This document shows positions 29,659-39,882 of a DNA stretch of 64,000 nucleotides, one piece after another. Position 1 is the stretch's first letter. Each line of letters begins with the position of its first letter. The notes beneath the pieces were generated by a model. That model was not told where the DNA came from. It saw nothing but the letters and a program-made list of their open reading frames with translations, and made no database searches. This DNA comes from Verrucomicrobiota bacterium (GTDB lineage Bacteria; Verrucomicrobiota; Verrucomicrobiia; Limisphaerales; AAA164-E04), in contig CP170459.1 of assembly GCA_047947115.1 (NCBI GenBank), forward strand, positions 736,001 through 800,000. The letters are read 5' to 3'. Position numbers and translations under genes: made by a program.

Positions 29659-31454
29659 GATTGGATTTGACGGATATCATGTGTCAACGCATTCGAAACC
29701 TCGCAGATGACGGGTCCGGTTTCAAGATCCACCCCCACATAAACATCTGAATCAGGCGTCGATCTCCCGGTCAAAATACGTTTACTCGCCGACACCTCAC
29801 CTCGCCTGAAATGTACCGTGATCTGCAATCGATCACCCTCAGGATCAAGACCGAACTGTTCATAACGAACATCCCCTGCCTCCACCCAATCTTCGGCGTG
29901 TGGTTGGGACAACTTCTCGAGCACCTGGGGCATGTAACGCTTTTCCAAATCATCCAACGGGTCGCCATCCAGCATCCATACACCGTTCAAGGCCTGCTTG
30001 AACTCTGCTTTGACACCCTTTTCCAAGATATCGATGCCGACAATTTCCTCAACCGGGACAGACCATAGTTTGCGTTCTCTCAGCTCAATGGCGTGCTCCG
30101 GAATTTCGATCAACAAACTGGCTGGCAATTCATACAACGTGGATTCATCCGTCCGCTGGGCATACATCGCACCACCAAAAGCACGACTGAACTTGATCCC
30201 AAGTGTGTTGGTTTTCTCGGATCCGTGCATGGTGGCCAATTCAATGTCGAACGACCCGACAGCAAAAATGTTCTCCAGTTGTTCTTTGCTGACGTCATCA
30301 TGAAAAACCTTGGCAGTGATATTGACAAGGTTCTGGTGCAATCGCCCCACCAACTCGGCATCGGTCGGAATGGAAACCGGTTCGATAATATGCCAGGCAG
30401 CATCCTCAGGATCCCAGGACAAGGTGAAAGGTTCATCTCGTTTCAGTAAAATACGATTGCTCGTAAAACCCGGATCGATCAGGAACGCATCCCGAAAAGC
30501 GGCGATGGGTTGGTTCAATTGATCACTGAATACTCGCTCCGGAGCCAACAACACCGAATCACGACCTTGAGACATGGTATAACGTAACCCAGGCTTGTCG
30601 GGCACATTGAAACCAAAGGATACACGGAAAACTTCCTGCTGTTCCGACTTCAGCACCAGTTCCAGCACCGGATCTTCCAGCCCCATCCATTGCAAATCCT
30701 CGTCAGATTCAAGCGCGACAAACCCCTGCGTTTCCCAGGTGGGCAGACTTTGCTTCAACAAGGTTTCAATCCGCACAAGATTGGCCCGGGTTCCCTTAAG
30801 ATTCTCCGGAGCTTCCAACAACCAACGACCACCCTCAACGGGACGACTCATGATGACGGGACCTTCGGATTGAAGGATCTCGATTCGATCCACCTTGTCC
30901 AATTGAGCCCCCACAATGCGCGTGTCACGCCAGGCGTCCGCAGCGTCCGGAAGGGCATCCATCCACCCGGCATCCACCACCCATGCCTCGGCTTGATCAT
31001 CAACCCTCATGTAAATCTGATCTCCGACCGACTCGCGTTCCCCAAAACGAACGGTAACTTCCCGATCCCCCGCCCCAACGATCACGCTCATCTGAGCCGG
31101 TTCCAGCCCAAAGGCCGACCATCCCCCTTCTCGCGAAATGATCTCGGGTTCAAGAATGGCTTTGGGCTTGAGACGGGTAATGGACTCGATCAATCCGGCC
31201 ACCAAGGTCGGATGCGCCACATCAGAAAGAGGCTCAATCATGCGCCATCTTGTACCTTCTTTTTGAAATTCCAATTGAGCTTCCTTGCCCTGAACGCGAA
31301 CGAATTCCCAAGTACCCAACTGGGAAACCGGTAAAAGGGTTCGATCCGCTCTGATCTCACCGGAGGATCTTTGCCATGGCGCATCGAACAATACCACGAT
31401 CCCGGTCAGTACCAGGGAAGTGATCCATAATAACATGGTTTGCTTGCGAATCAT
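29631..31454 (-). CDS. DUF4340-like protein of the Gld-type ABC operon
   Basis: N-terminal TM, repeated WxxxxP and FGLxP motifs; downstream of the GldG-like gene. Confidence 0.7.
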   Translation of the reverse strand: MIRKQTMLLWITSLVLTGIVVLFDAPWQRSSGEIRADRTLLPVSQLGTWEFVRVQGKEAQLEFQKEGTRWRMIEPLSDVAHPTLVAGLIESITRLKPKAILEPEIISREGGWSAFGLEPAQMSVIVGAGDREVTVRFGERESVGDQIYMRVDDQAEAWVVDAGWMDALPDAADAWRDTRIVGAQLDKVDRIEILQSEGPVIMSRPVEGGRWLLEAPENLKGTRANLVRIETLLKQSLPTWETQGFVALESDEDLQWMGLEDPVLELVLKSEQQEVFRVSFGFNVPDKPGLRYTMSQGRDSVLLAPERVFSDQLNQPIAAFRDAFLIDPGFTSNRILLKRDEPFTLSWDPEDAAWHIIEPVSIPTDAELVGRLHQNLVNITAKVFHDDVSKEQLENIFAVGSFDIELATMHGSEKTNTLGIKFSRAFGGAMYAQRTDESTLYELPASLLIEIPEHAIELRERKLWSVPVEEIVGIDILEKGVKAEFKQALNGVWMLDGDPLDDLEKRYMPQVLEKLSQPHAEDWVEAGDVRYEQFGLDPEGDRLQITVHFRRGEVSASKRILTGRSTPDSDVYVGVDLETGPVICEVSNALTHDIRQIQSWKTSSEAK

Positions 31455-31505
31455 GATTGCCTGCGTCTCATCAATCTCACTTTCTCATCCATTCATCCCT
31501 CGTCG

Positions 31506-33014
31506 TCAATACCGACGTTTCAACCAAACCAAAAATCCAATCCCAAATACTCCCAACGGCAATATCGCCAACATAAACCACTGTAACTGCCGAAGCTCTT
31601 TCGCAGGAATATCCATACGAAACTCCGTCAAGGCACGCGGACCAATCCCACCCAACAGGGTATCACGTTCCAACAGCCAACTCATCGCCAACCCGGCTAA
31701 ATCCCGGTTTCCCACTTTCTGCAGATGCACATTGCTGAAACACTGCGAATCCCCCAGCACAATCATGCGCGAAGGAACCTGATTCAACCCGCTCTCCTCC
31801 GATGGCCTGGCTTCCAAACTCGCCATAAGGGGAATTTCCTGGTGAAAAGCGTCCGACCGGGCATCGAATAAAAACTCTCCATTTGAAAAGATGGATTTGC
31901 TCACACCATTGGTGGTCGTCACTGCGAGAAGATCAATATCCACATCGAACGTTTCCATGCGCTTGTTCATCGGCTGTAACGACCGTGGAAGGGACATGAC
32001 CAGTGGAGTCCCGGTTCCCAACAAGGGATTCGTCACAGGATGCGGCGCCAGATTACCCACAAGCAACTCGCTGCCGGAAAAAGTCCTCTCATCTTCAACC
32101 ACATTTTGCCCCACAGAAATCCGCCAGGATCTCAACCAGTTCTCCAGCCCGGTCACCCTGCCAACGGCCTTGAAATTGAAACCAATCAAAACACGACCGC
32201 CCCCTCGCACATATTGATCCAGATGATGCAACTCTTCCGGTGCCCATTGCTGGACCGACCCGGCAATGATCAAGGCCGCAACATCGTCCGGAATCGCTCC
32301 CTGTTCCCTTATGTTCCAGCTCTTGACCGCAAGGTTCTTTTCTTCCAGTGCATACTTCAAGGAAGCATACCCATCCAGGTCCTGGCTCTCCAGATCATGC
32401 TCGTCGTGACCTTGCACGCAATAAACCACCGGAGTGTTACCCTCGACCAGATTCATCATCGCAGACGTAAACAACATCTCCCCCTTGAACCCCACCGCCT
32501 TCATCATGAGCTGTCCCCCCTCATCCACATGCGTGGTGGTGTAATCGATCAACTCCTTAACAGACACCACCCGGTGACGCCCCTCCATTGCGAACAAAAC
32601 ACTCTCGTGCTCCTGATCGTTCAGGAGTTCGAATTGTTTGCGGATCGTACGCGCTTTGTCGACTTGACGCAGGTAATCCACCACCTCCACCTGAATGTTC
32701 GAATTGGCATGACGATATTCGTTGAGCAACCCCATGATGCTCGCATGGGGCGTGTCGCGTTCGTCCGGATCATGAAACACCACCACCCGCACCTCATTGG
32801 TCAGTGACCGCACCCAGGATTCGGTCAAAGGTGACAGCATGACCGCCGGATCCTTATGCCAAAGAAATCGCCAGGGATGCTGGATCACCAGATAATTCAC
32901 ACAAACAGCCATCCAGACAATGGCGACACCCGCCAACACAAAATCCAACCAGAAAGCGCTCCCCGTGAGAAGGCCTCGGCGTGACAGATTGGATGGTTTG
33001 TCGGAAGGTTGCAT
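31506..33014 (-). CDS. GldG-like ABC auxiliary component
   Basis: N- and C-terminal TM, QGHDEH, YVRGGGRVLI, LGDSQCFSN, WLKRRY. Confidence 0.82.
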   Translation of the reverse strand: MQPSDKPSNLSRRGLLTGSAFWLDFVLAGVAIVWMAVCVNYLVIQHPWRFLWHKDPAVMLSPLTESWVRSLTNEVRVVVFHDPDERDTPHASIMGLLNEYRHANSNIQVEVVDYLRQVDKARTIRKQFELLNDQEHESVLFAMEGRHRVVSVKELIDYTTTHVDEGGQLMMKAVGFKGEMLFTSAMMNLVEGNTPVVYCVQGHDEHDLESQDLDGYASLKYALEEKNLAVKSWNIREQGAIPDDVAALIIAGSVQQWAPEELHHLDQYVRGGGRVLIGFNFKAVGRVTGLENWLRSWRISVGQNVVEDERTFSGSELLVGNLAPHPVTNPLLGTGTPLVMSLPRSLQPMNKRMETFDVDIDLLAVTTTNGVSKSIFSNGEFLFDARSDAFHQEIPLMASLEARPSEESGLNQVPSRMIVLGDSQCFSNVHLQKVGNRDLAGLAMSWLLERDTLLGGIGPRALTEFRMDIPAKELRQLQWFMLAILPLGVFGIGFLVWLKRRY

Positions 33015-33023
33015 TGAACAAAT

Positions 33024-33782
33024 CTATTTTCGGCTTTCCACCATTCTCCAGGTCAGGAACAGGAACAACCCGGTCAGGGACATATAAAACGTCAAATGCC
33101 TGGCATCAATCACACCTCGAACAAAGTCGGTCATATGATCGAACAGACTGATGTGACCAAAAAAAGCCGCCTGCCAACCGGATTGATCAGGGATGATCTC
33201 AATCACGAAACTCAACATGAACAAAACCATCTCCAAAGTCAGACCGATCATGGCCGCGATAAGCTGACTCTTGGTACAAACCGAAGCCAGAGATCCCATT
33301 GACAAAAACAAGCCCCCAACCAGCAATACCCCAAGCATTGTTCCCCCGATGATCCCTGCATCCAGATATCCTGGATCATTAAAAAACTGTCCCAGCCAAA
33401 CCATCAACCCCCACAAGGGAATCCACATCAACCCATAAAAAGTCCAACTCGCGAAAAACTTTGAAAAAACCACCTGCACATTGCTGACGGGAGTCGTCAT
33501 CAATGCCTCGTAGGTGCCCGTCGATTTTTCAAAAGCAAAACTGCGCATGGTAATCGCAGGGCAGGCCAGCAAGACAATGAACCAAAAGAAAGGTGTACTG
33601 TAGAAGGCCTCGGTCAAAGGAGCATCCATGGCCCGACCATTGTAGGCCAGGATGACCGTGAGGAGACTCAGGCCAATGAGGAACATCACCATGCTCAGGA
33701 TAACGTATCCCGTCAGAGTGGTTAGATAAAACCCAAGCTCGCGCTTGAGCAATGTTGCAAAAATCCTCATGTTATCAATCAC
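33024..33782 (-). CDS. GldF-like ABC permease
   Basis: PAITMRSFAFEKSTGTYEALMTTPV, DFVRGVID. Confidence 0.88.
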   Translation of the reverse strand: MIDNMRIFATLLKRELGFYLTTLTGYVILSMVMFLIGLSLLTVILAYNGRAMDAPLTEAFYSTPFFWFIVLLACPAITMRSFAFEKSTGTYEALMTTPVSNVQVVFSKFFASWTFYGLMWIPLWGLMVWLGQFFNDPGYLDAGIIGGTMLGVLLVGGLFLSMGSLASVCTKSQLIAAMIGLTLEMVLFMLSFVIEIIPDQSGWQAAFFGHISLFDHMTDFVRGVIDARHLTFYMSLTGLFLFLTWRMVESRK

Positions 33783-34725
33783 CTAAAGGTCCATGACCCG
33801 ATCGGGTCAACTGCACAAACAAATCCTCCAGAGTCGGCTGCCGATGTGTGAGCTCACGAAGCGTCCAACCGCGTCGTTTGACTTCCTCAAACAACAAAGG
33901 CCGCAAATCCACACCATCACTCGAAGTCAGCGTACACTCCAAAAACCCGCGCCCAAGATCCTTGATCTTATGATCTGCCACTGACGGCATGGCCTGTAAC
34001 GCATGCGCCAAAGCTTCCCACGGAGCGGCCACCTCCGCCACCACATGAGTCAGACTCCCCATACGCTGATGAATCTTCTCCTTGGAATCATCCGCCAGCA
34101 GCTTCCCGGTGTGTAAAATCAGGATTCGATCACAAAGAATCTCAACTTCGGAAAGGATATGAGTCGAAAGCAACACCGTATGATTCTCCGCCAACGATGC
34201 AATCAACTTCCGAAACAAGCGAACCTGATGCGGATCCAAGCCAATCGTCGGTTCGTCCAGTATAATCACCTCCGGCTGATGCAGAATGGCGTCGGCCACC
34301 CCCACACGTTGACGATACCCCTTGGACATCTGACCAATAATTTTGCGCCGCACCTTGGACAAATCGCATAACTCCAGCACCTCGCCCAGACGTTTTCGCA
34401 GACGATCCCCATGCACTCCCTTCAACCCGGCCCGAAAACGAAGGTATTCCTCCACCCGCATGTCCAAGTGCAAGGGATTGTTCTCGGGCATGTAACCAAT
34501 CCGTTTACGCACCTCCATCGGTTTGCGATCAATATCATAACCCGCAATCCGCACCTTCCCCGAAGTAGGCGGCATGAAAGTGGACATGATGCGCATGGTC
34601 GTGCTCTTACCAGCGCCATTAGGCCCCAGAAACCCGACAACCTGCCCTCGCTTCACCGAAAACGAAAGCTCGCGCAGGGCCGTATGCCCCGCATAGCGCT
34701 TGGTCAAATGTTCCACCTGTATCAT
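33775..34725 (-). CDS. GldA-like ABC ATP-binding protein
   Basis: GPNGAGKS, SKGYRQRVG, LDEPTIGLDP; start moved to ATG 34725. Confidence 0.92.
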   Translation of the reverse strand: MIQVEHLTKRYAGHTALRELSFSVKRGQVVGFLGPNGAGKSTTMRIMSTFMPPTSGKVRIAGYDIDRKPMEVRKRIGYMPENNPLHLDMRVEEYLRFRAGLKGVHGDRLRKRLGEVLELCDLSKVRRKIIGQMSKGYRQRVGVADAILHQPEVIILDEPTIGLDPHQVRLFRKLIASLAENHTVLLSTHILSEVEILCDRILILHTGKLLADDSKEKIHQRMGSLTHVVAEVAAPWEALAHALQAMPSVADHKIKDLGRGFLECTLTSSDGVDLRPLLFEEVKRRGWTLRELTHRQPTLEDLFVQLTRSGHGPLGD

Positions 34726-34881
34726 GTCAAATCCGATGCATTCCCAGACCTTTGAACCCAAAGGTGGGATGAACGTTCATTCTGCTGCCAGAACAAACCC
34801 CAGGCCAAGGAAAAATGTAAGGCAGGAGGTTCACTCCAACCTGGAAACACATCTACATTCTAGACTGCGAAACAAATTTAA

Positions 34882-37800
34882 TTAAGGAACACTGAGTTCT
34901 GAAAGATCGGTTTGCAGGGCCCCATTTGGCATCAGGGGTGAACAATCGGATGTGGCGTTCAATTCGGCGGCGCGAACACGGGCACGGTGTACCACGTGCG
35001 TGACACCCCGCACGCTGAGCAAACTGGGTTTCACGATATTTTCCATGGAAAGAAGCGAGTAAGGACAATTGGCACAACTCCCGACGAAACGGATGACAAC
35101 CTCACCCTTCTCCTCATTGATGTCCAACACTTCCAACTTGCCGCCATCATTGTTCAGAATGGGTTCAATCATGGTCTCAACCACTTGCTGCACCCTCCCC
35201 TGCAAGGTGGGCGCTTCCTCGATCTCGGATACGGCAATTTCGGGCTGCTGTTGGGCTAGTGAAAGGGCGGCAATCAATTGGGGGTCCTCGCTGACAGCAT
35301 GCACTCCGAGTTTGCCAAGGGACTCGGCCAACTCCGGTTTGACGCGCTTTTCCACCAGGTATTCACGAAATTTCTTGGGAGCGGCAGGGGCGATGTGAAT
35401 TTTTCCTACATATTCTTTCCAGTCCAGAGGTTCCGGACCAAAGAAATCAAAGTTTTCATCCCCCGACCTGATATATTGAACGATCAATTCACCCAGACGA
35501 TCAAAGAACCGATTATGTTGCTGGGTGGTTGCCCCTCTTTTACGGTTGATCACAAAATTGCGCAGGAGTGTCAACTCACGATCACGCGGCAGGATGCCTG
35601 TTTTGACGTCCACTCGCACGGCACGATTTTTCCAGCGATCCACCACCATGATCGAGCTGGATCCGATGGCACGGGAATGGATCAAACGGTCCGAATCAAG
35701 ATCAGCCGGAGATATATCAACAAAGTGGGCAGGCACATCGCCGGCGCAGGGTATCGCAATCCCCGACACAAAGGCCAACCGTTCACGCTCCACCTTGGCA
35801 CCAGTGCCAAACAGCATTTCAATACCGCGCTTGATGGCGACAAACAACTGAATGGCCACAATCTCTTCCTTGAATTCCAATATGGAGCTTTTGTGGGCGG
35901 ACAGGAGACTGGCCACCACTTCCTTTCCGTCTTCATCAACCAACACGATGCCCCCCGTAAGATCCGACAGAAGCGTATGCAATGCGGACTGGAAATCCAA
36001 CCGTCTCAGCAAAGGCAACAAGAAGCTTAATAACCGCCACCTGTCATTTGAATCCAACTCCCCAAGAACCTGACACCCCTGCTTGCGGTAATCCTTTGAG
36101 GTAACATATCGCTGAATAAAAGCCATAAATGCCCCGATAGCCGCGGCAAGTCCGGGATCGGATCCGGCATTTGAAAGCCGAATGACATCTTCCGCCGGCC
36201 AGGGATGTCTGGGGGGATACACCTGCTGGGTTTCCGCCCACTTTTCGTCCAATGGAAAATGTTTACGGTAATCCTGATAGATGGTGTCGATCAGACTCTT
36301 TAAAATGGCAGTATCCGGTGAGTTCCAAAGCGCTTGCTCAATCGAAGTGAGGGCATGCAGATTGACAGAGGTGCGCTTGATCAGACTTTGATTTGTAAAT
36401 GCATCGGATTCGACGTAGTCGGTCAAACGATTGATCTCACCCGGAACAAAATCCATGAACACGGCATCCAATGGCGTCCGATCGTTCAATGAAACAATTG
36501 CCACGGCGCTTCCCTGTCCCGAGGACAAGCGCACTGGTTGCCCCTGGCCCACACCTCGGGCGTTGGCAAGATCCGGATGTATTTCCACAAAGTATTCCTC
36601 GGCATCCACCCCATAAATGGGCAGTGTCTTGATCCCTGAATTGTACCTCCCCCGATAAGCCATGCCGTTCATACCGGGACGTCCACGTCCGCTGATCAAC
36701 CGGATGGGGCCGGAAGAAGAGGCTGTCCGTCTGGATGATCCCTCTTTCGGCAGAGGCGCAACCGAAACCAGGTAATCATCCGGAGGTCTAACCAAGCGCG
36801 CAGGTCCCCGGTCAGGATGCTGAAGCCTCGGGAACACATGCCCATCTGTGGAAGATTTCTGATAACGACCATTTCCCTGCCATTGCACGCCGATACCAGC
36901 CATGTCCCGAAGCATCAAGTGACTGATCGGAAGACCGTTCTGGTCCACCAGCTTGGAATAGAGGTTCAACTTGCCGGATACTTCCACAATATGATCAAAC
37001 ACCTTGGAGGAATCCACATCACCCTGATCATCCACATACTTCGCAAAGGTGCGCTCAACGACATCGGGGGAAAGATCATTCAGCTGAGCCGTGTCCGGAT
37101 CCTGCAGGCGCTTGGCAATGGCCAGAGCCAGTCGGGCGAGAATCTGTTCGTCGGACCAGGCGTTTTCCGGGGGCTCGGTAAGGCGTTGCTGCAATTGTAA
37201 GGTCCGATCACCGCGCTGAATCACACCCGTACGTTCGGTATAAGTCATGGACGGCAACAGCACATCCGCCCACTCCAGCACTCCATCCGCGAGAAAGGGA
37301 TCAATGACCACATTGAAAGCGCGTCCCATGCGCCGCATCCAGTGCCCCAGTCTCGGCATGTTTTTGGTCATCTGCGTTCCGACAAAAAGGAACCAGTACA
37401 ATCGGTCATCTTCACACATGTGCGAAACCGGGGTTCCCTTTCCGGAAGGGATATTACTGATGGGAAGATCCAGAGCGTCAGCCAAAGCCTCACGATGTTC
37501 TTCACAATGGGGGTCCATGTTAAACAGAAGCCTTCTGGAATTGAAGCCCATCATGAGTTCACTTGTCGCATTGGACTGTCCGGCAATACGCAGCGATCCG
37601 GCCCCCTTTCGTCCGACATTGCCGGTGAGCAACAGCAGATTCAAATTCGTCGAAAAACCATAAGATCCCGTACTCTGATTAATCCCCATGCTGGAAACAA
37701 AGGCAACTTTGGGACGTTGACCGGAGGAATGATCTGATGGCCGTGATATTAAGGCCGCATAATCGCGGATCACTTTCTCGAGATGCGCAGGATCGTCACC

Positions 37801-38805
37801 TGTCGCCACAATACTGTGTGCCACGCTTGAAGGTTCACAACGATCTTCCATGACCAATTCACGAAAGGCCTGCAAACTTTCAATGTCCACCACACGTTGC
37901 AAATATTCCCTGTCTTCCCACCCCTCCTCAAGAATCACGCGACTGACTGCCAGATTGAACAAGACATCACAACCTTGCTGAAAACGAATGTGAAGCGTTC
38001 GTTCGTCACAGGCCTTCAAATCAGAAACCGTGTCGGTTGCAACCGGATCAATCACCACCTTGATGGGATGCGGATTACGTTTCAACTTTTCGTAAGCTTG
38101 GGGAAATGTGATGTAAGGATTCGTTCCATGAAGTACCGCAATGTCACAAAAGTCCAATTCTTCAAATTCCTGCCAGGTGAATGAAGCTTCATTCCCAAAA
38201 TTCAATTCATGGGCAGCTCCTGCACTGGCAAGGCAATGCTCGGAATTGGCCCCAATCGTGGGCATTTTAAATACAAGTTTGTAAAGGGAAGCCATCCAGA
38301 TGGCCTCAAGAGTTTTCTGGCCATTTCCATACAATCCCACCGCGTCCGGGCCCACCCATTCTCGCGCATGTAAAAACAACCATGCCGCCCGATCCAAGGC
38401 TTTTTCCCAGGAAACCGGGTGCATCTTTCCGTCATGCCCCCGAATCATGGGTGAGGTGATCCGGTCGTCGGGCAGTTTCCTTTTCTCGAGACGCTGCCGA
38501 CGCTCGGTCAATCCTCCAGTCATAAGGGAAGTTTTCCCTTTGATACAAAGTCCAAGAGCACTCATGGGCACCACAACAGGACGCCCCTTCTTATCAGCTT
38601 CTACCGCATAAGGACAACCCACGCCGCAATAACTGCAAACACTTGATTGTGAGGTAAGGCGATCAAATCTCTCCCTGGCGGCCGGTAATGCACGCAATTG
38701 GGCATCCTGCCTGAAATGACGCACGAACTTCCAGGCTTCCATATTAATTGGTTCGGGAGTTTTCGCTTTTTGAGCAGTGCGCATGGCTTGATTTTTTGAA
38801 TTCAT
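34882..38805 (-). CDS. Molybdopterin oxidoreductase (NasA/NarB/NapA-like) fused to an unknown domain and a C-terminal NifU-C/Nfu domain
   Basis: CSYCGVGC...LCIKG 4Fe-4S motif, YGNGQ, ANSEHCLASA, MGINQS, GQSNA, EIHPDLA cofactor-binding domain; C-terminal DGGKLEV...VGSCANC. ATG 38805 is preceded by AAGGAG. Confidence 0.85.
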   Translation of the reverse strand: MNSKNQAMRTAQKAKTPEPINMEAWKFVRHFRQDAQLRALPAARERFDRLTSQSSVCSYCGVGCPYAVEADKKGRPVVVPMSALGLCIKGKTSLMTGGLTERRQRLEKRKLPDDRITSPMIRGHDGKMHPVSWEKALDRAAWLFLHAREWVGPDAVGLYGNGQKTLEAIWMASLYKLVFKMPTIGANSEHCLASAGAAHELNFGNEASFTWQEFEELDFCDIAVLHGTNPYITFPQAYEKLKRNPHPIKVVIDPVATDTVSDLKACDERTLHIRFQQGCDVLFNLAVSRVILEEGWEDREYLQRVVDIESLQAFRELVMEDRCEPSSVAHSIVATGDDPAHLEKVIRDYAALISRPSDHSSGQRPKVAFVSSMGINQSTGSYGFSTNLNLLLLTGNVGRKGAGSLRIAGQSNATSELMMGFNSRRLLFNMDPHCEEHREALADALDLPISNIPSGKGTPVSHMCEDDRLYWFLFVGTQMTKNMPRLGHWMRRMGRAFNVVIDPFLADGVLEWADVLLPSMTYTERTGVIQRGDRTLQLQQRLTEPPENAWSDEQILARLALAIAKRLQDPDTAQLNDLSPDVVERTFAKYVDDQGDVDSSKVFDHIVEVSGKLNLYSKLVDQNGLPISHLMLRDMAGIGVQWQGNGRYQKSSTDGHVFPRLQHPDRGPARLVRPPDDYLVSVAPLPKEGSSRRTASSSGPIRLISGRGRPGMNGMAYRGRYNSGIKTLPIYGVDAEEYFVEIHPDLANARGVGQGQPVRLSSGQGSAVAIVSLNDRTPLDAVFMDFVPGEINRLTDYVESDAFTNQSLIKRTSVNLHALTSIEQALWNSPDTAILKSLIDTIYQDYRKHFPLDEKWAETQQVYPPRHPWPAEDVIRLSNAGSDPGLAAAIGAFMAFIQRYVTSKDYRKQGCQVLGELDSNDRWRLLSFLLPLLRRLDFQSALHTLLSDLTGGIVLVDEDGKEVVASLLSAHKSSILEFKEEIVAIQLFVAIKRGIEMLFGTGAKVERERLAFVSGIAIPCAGDVPAHFVDISPADLDSDRLIHSRAIGSSSIMVVDRWKNRAVRVDVKTGILPRDRELTLLRNFVINRKRGATTQQHNRFFDRLGELIVQYIRSGDENFDFFGPEPLDWKEYVGKIHIAPAAPKKFREYLVEKRVKPELAESLGKLGVHAVSEDPQLIAALSLAQQQPEIAVSEIEEAPTLQGRVQQVVETMIEPILNNDGGKLEVLDINEEKGEVVIRFVGSCANCPYSLLSMENIVKPSLLSVRGVTHVVHRARVRAAELNATSDCSPLMPNGALQTDLSELSVP

Positions 38806-38892
38806 TGTGCTGGTCTCCTTGGCTTGATTGATCCTGGCAGAGTAGGAAATCATCACTTCCAGATACAAGATATAAAGTTCGAAAATCCGACA

Positions 38893-39882
38893 AGTCGCCT
38901 TTGAAGTCGCCTTTGGGGTCACGTCTCGACATTCAACATTTGGCAAATCGTATCCATTTGCTTTTTCAACCGTCTTTCAGTTTGGATCTTTTTGTTAAAA
39001 CGCCGTATCCCAGCACTGACACTTGAATAGTCCATGTCCCCCACCTTTTCCCCTAACTCAGCCTGGGTTAATCCACAATATCGATGCGCAAGCCATAGCA
39101 ACATCCACTTACCCAAATCACCATGCCTCCCTACCCAATCACGCATCGGTTCAGTTTTGTGTTCTTCCAATACTTCAATGACTTTTTCTAATGGAACAGT
39201 TCTTTTGAAACGAAACCGCCCCTCGTATTCACGCGCATTATTCGGATCTACATAGGATTTGATCTTTTCCAGGAATTCCGCTGAACCGACTGCTATCTGT
39301 TCCTTGAATTGTTCAAACGTAGTTTCCTGGATTCCCCGACGCACCTGATCCTTGGTCATCTCACGATAACGTAGATGCCTATCTCTGAGTCGCCTTTGAA
39401 GTCGCCTTTGGGGTCACGTCTCGACATTCAACATTTGGCAAATCGTATCCATTTGCTTTTTCAACCGTCTTTCAGTTTGGATCTTTTTGTTAAAACGCCG
39501 TATCCCAGCACTGACACTTGAATAGTCCATGTCCCCCACCTTTTCCCCTAACTCAGCCTGGGTTAATCCACAATATCGATGCGCAAGCCATAGCAACATC
39601 CACTTACCCAAATCACCATGCCTCCCTACCCAATCACGCATCGGTTCAGTTTTGTGTTCTTCCAATACTTCAATGACTTTTTCTAATGGAACAGTTCTTT
39701 TGAAACGAAACCGCCCCTCGTATTCACGCGCATTATTCGGATCTACATAGGATTTGATCTTTTCCAGGAATTCCGCTGAACCGACTGCTATCTGTTCCTT
39801 GAATTGTTCAAACGTAGTTTCCTGGATTCCCCGACGCACCTGATCCTTGGTCATCTCACGATAACGTAGATGCCTATCTCTG
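38893..39882. repeat. 495-bp tandem direct duplication (38893-39387 / 39388-39882)
   Basis: The two copies look identical by eye; the ORF track gives the same peptides offset by 495 nt. Confidence 0.92.
38919..39387 (-). pseudogene. Duplicated 3' part of the Y1 transposase (HTH only)
   Basis: Identical to the C-terminal 146 aa of 39414-40463; lacks the HUH motif and catalytic Tyr. Confidence 0.85.

Noticed and set aside
38806..38946. N-terminal extension of the molybdoenzyme ORF
   Set aside because: It reads through the inverted repeat; ATG 38805 has an AAGGAG site and is the better start.
38893..39882. Diversity-generating retroelement template/variable repeat pair
   Set aside because: No adenine-specific differences are visible between the copies, and there is no reverse transcriptase in the window.
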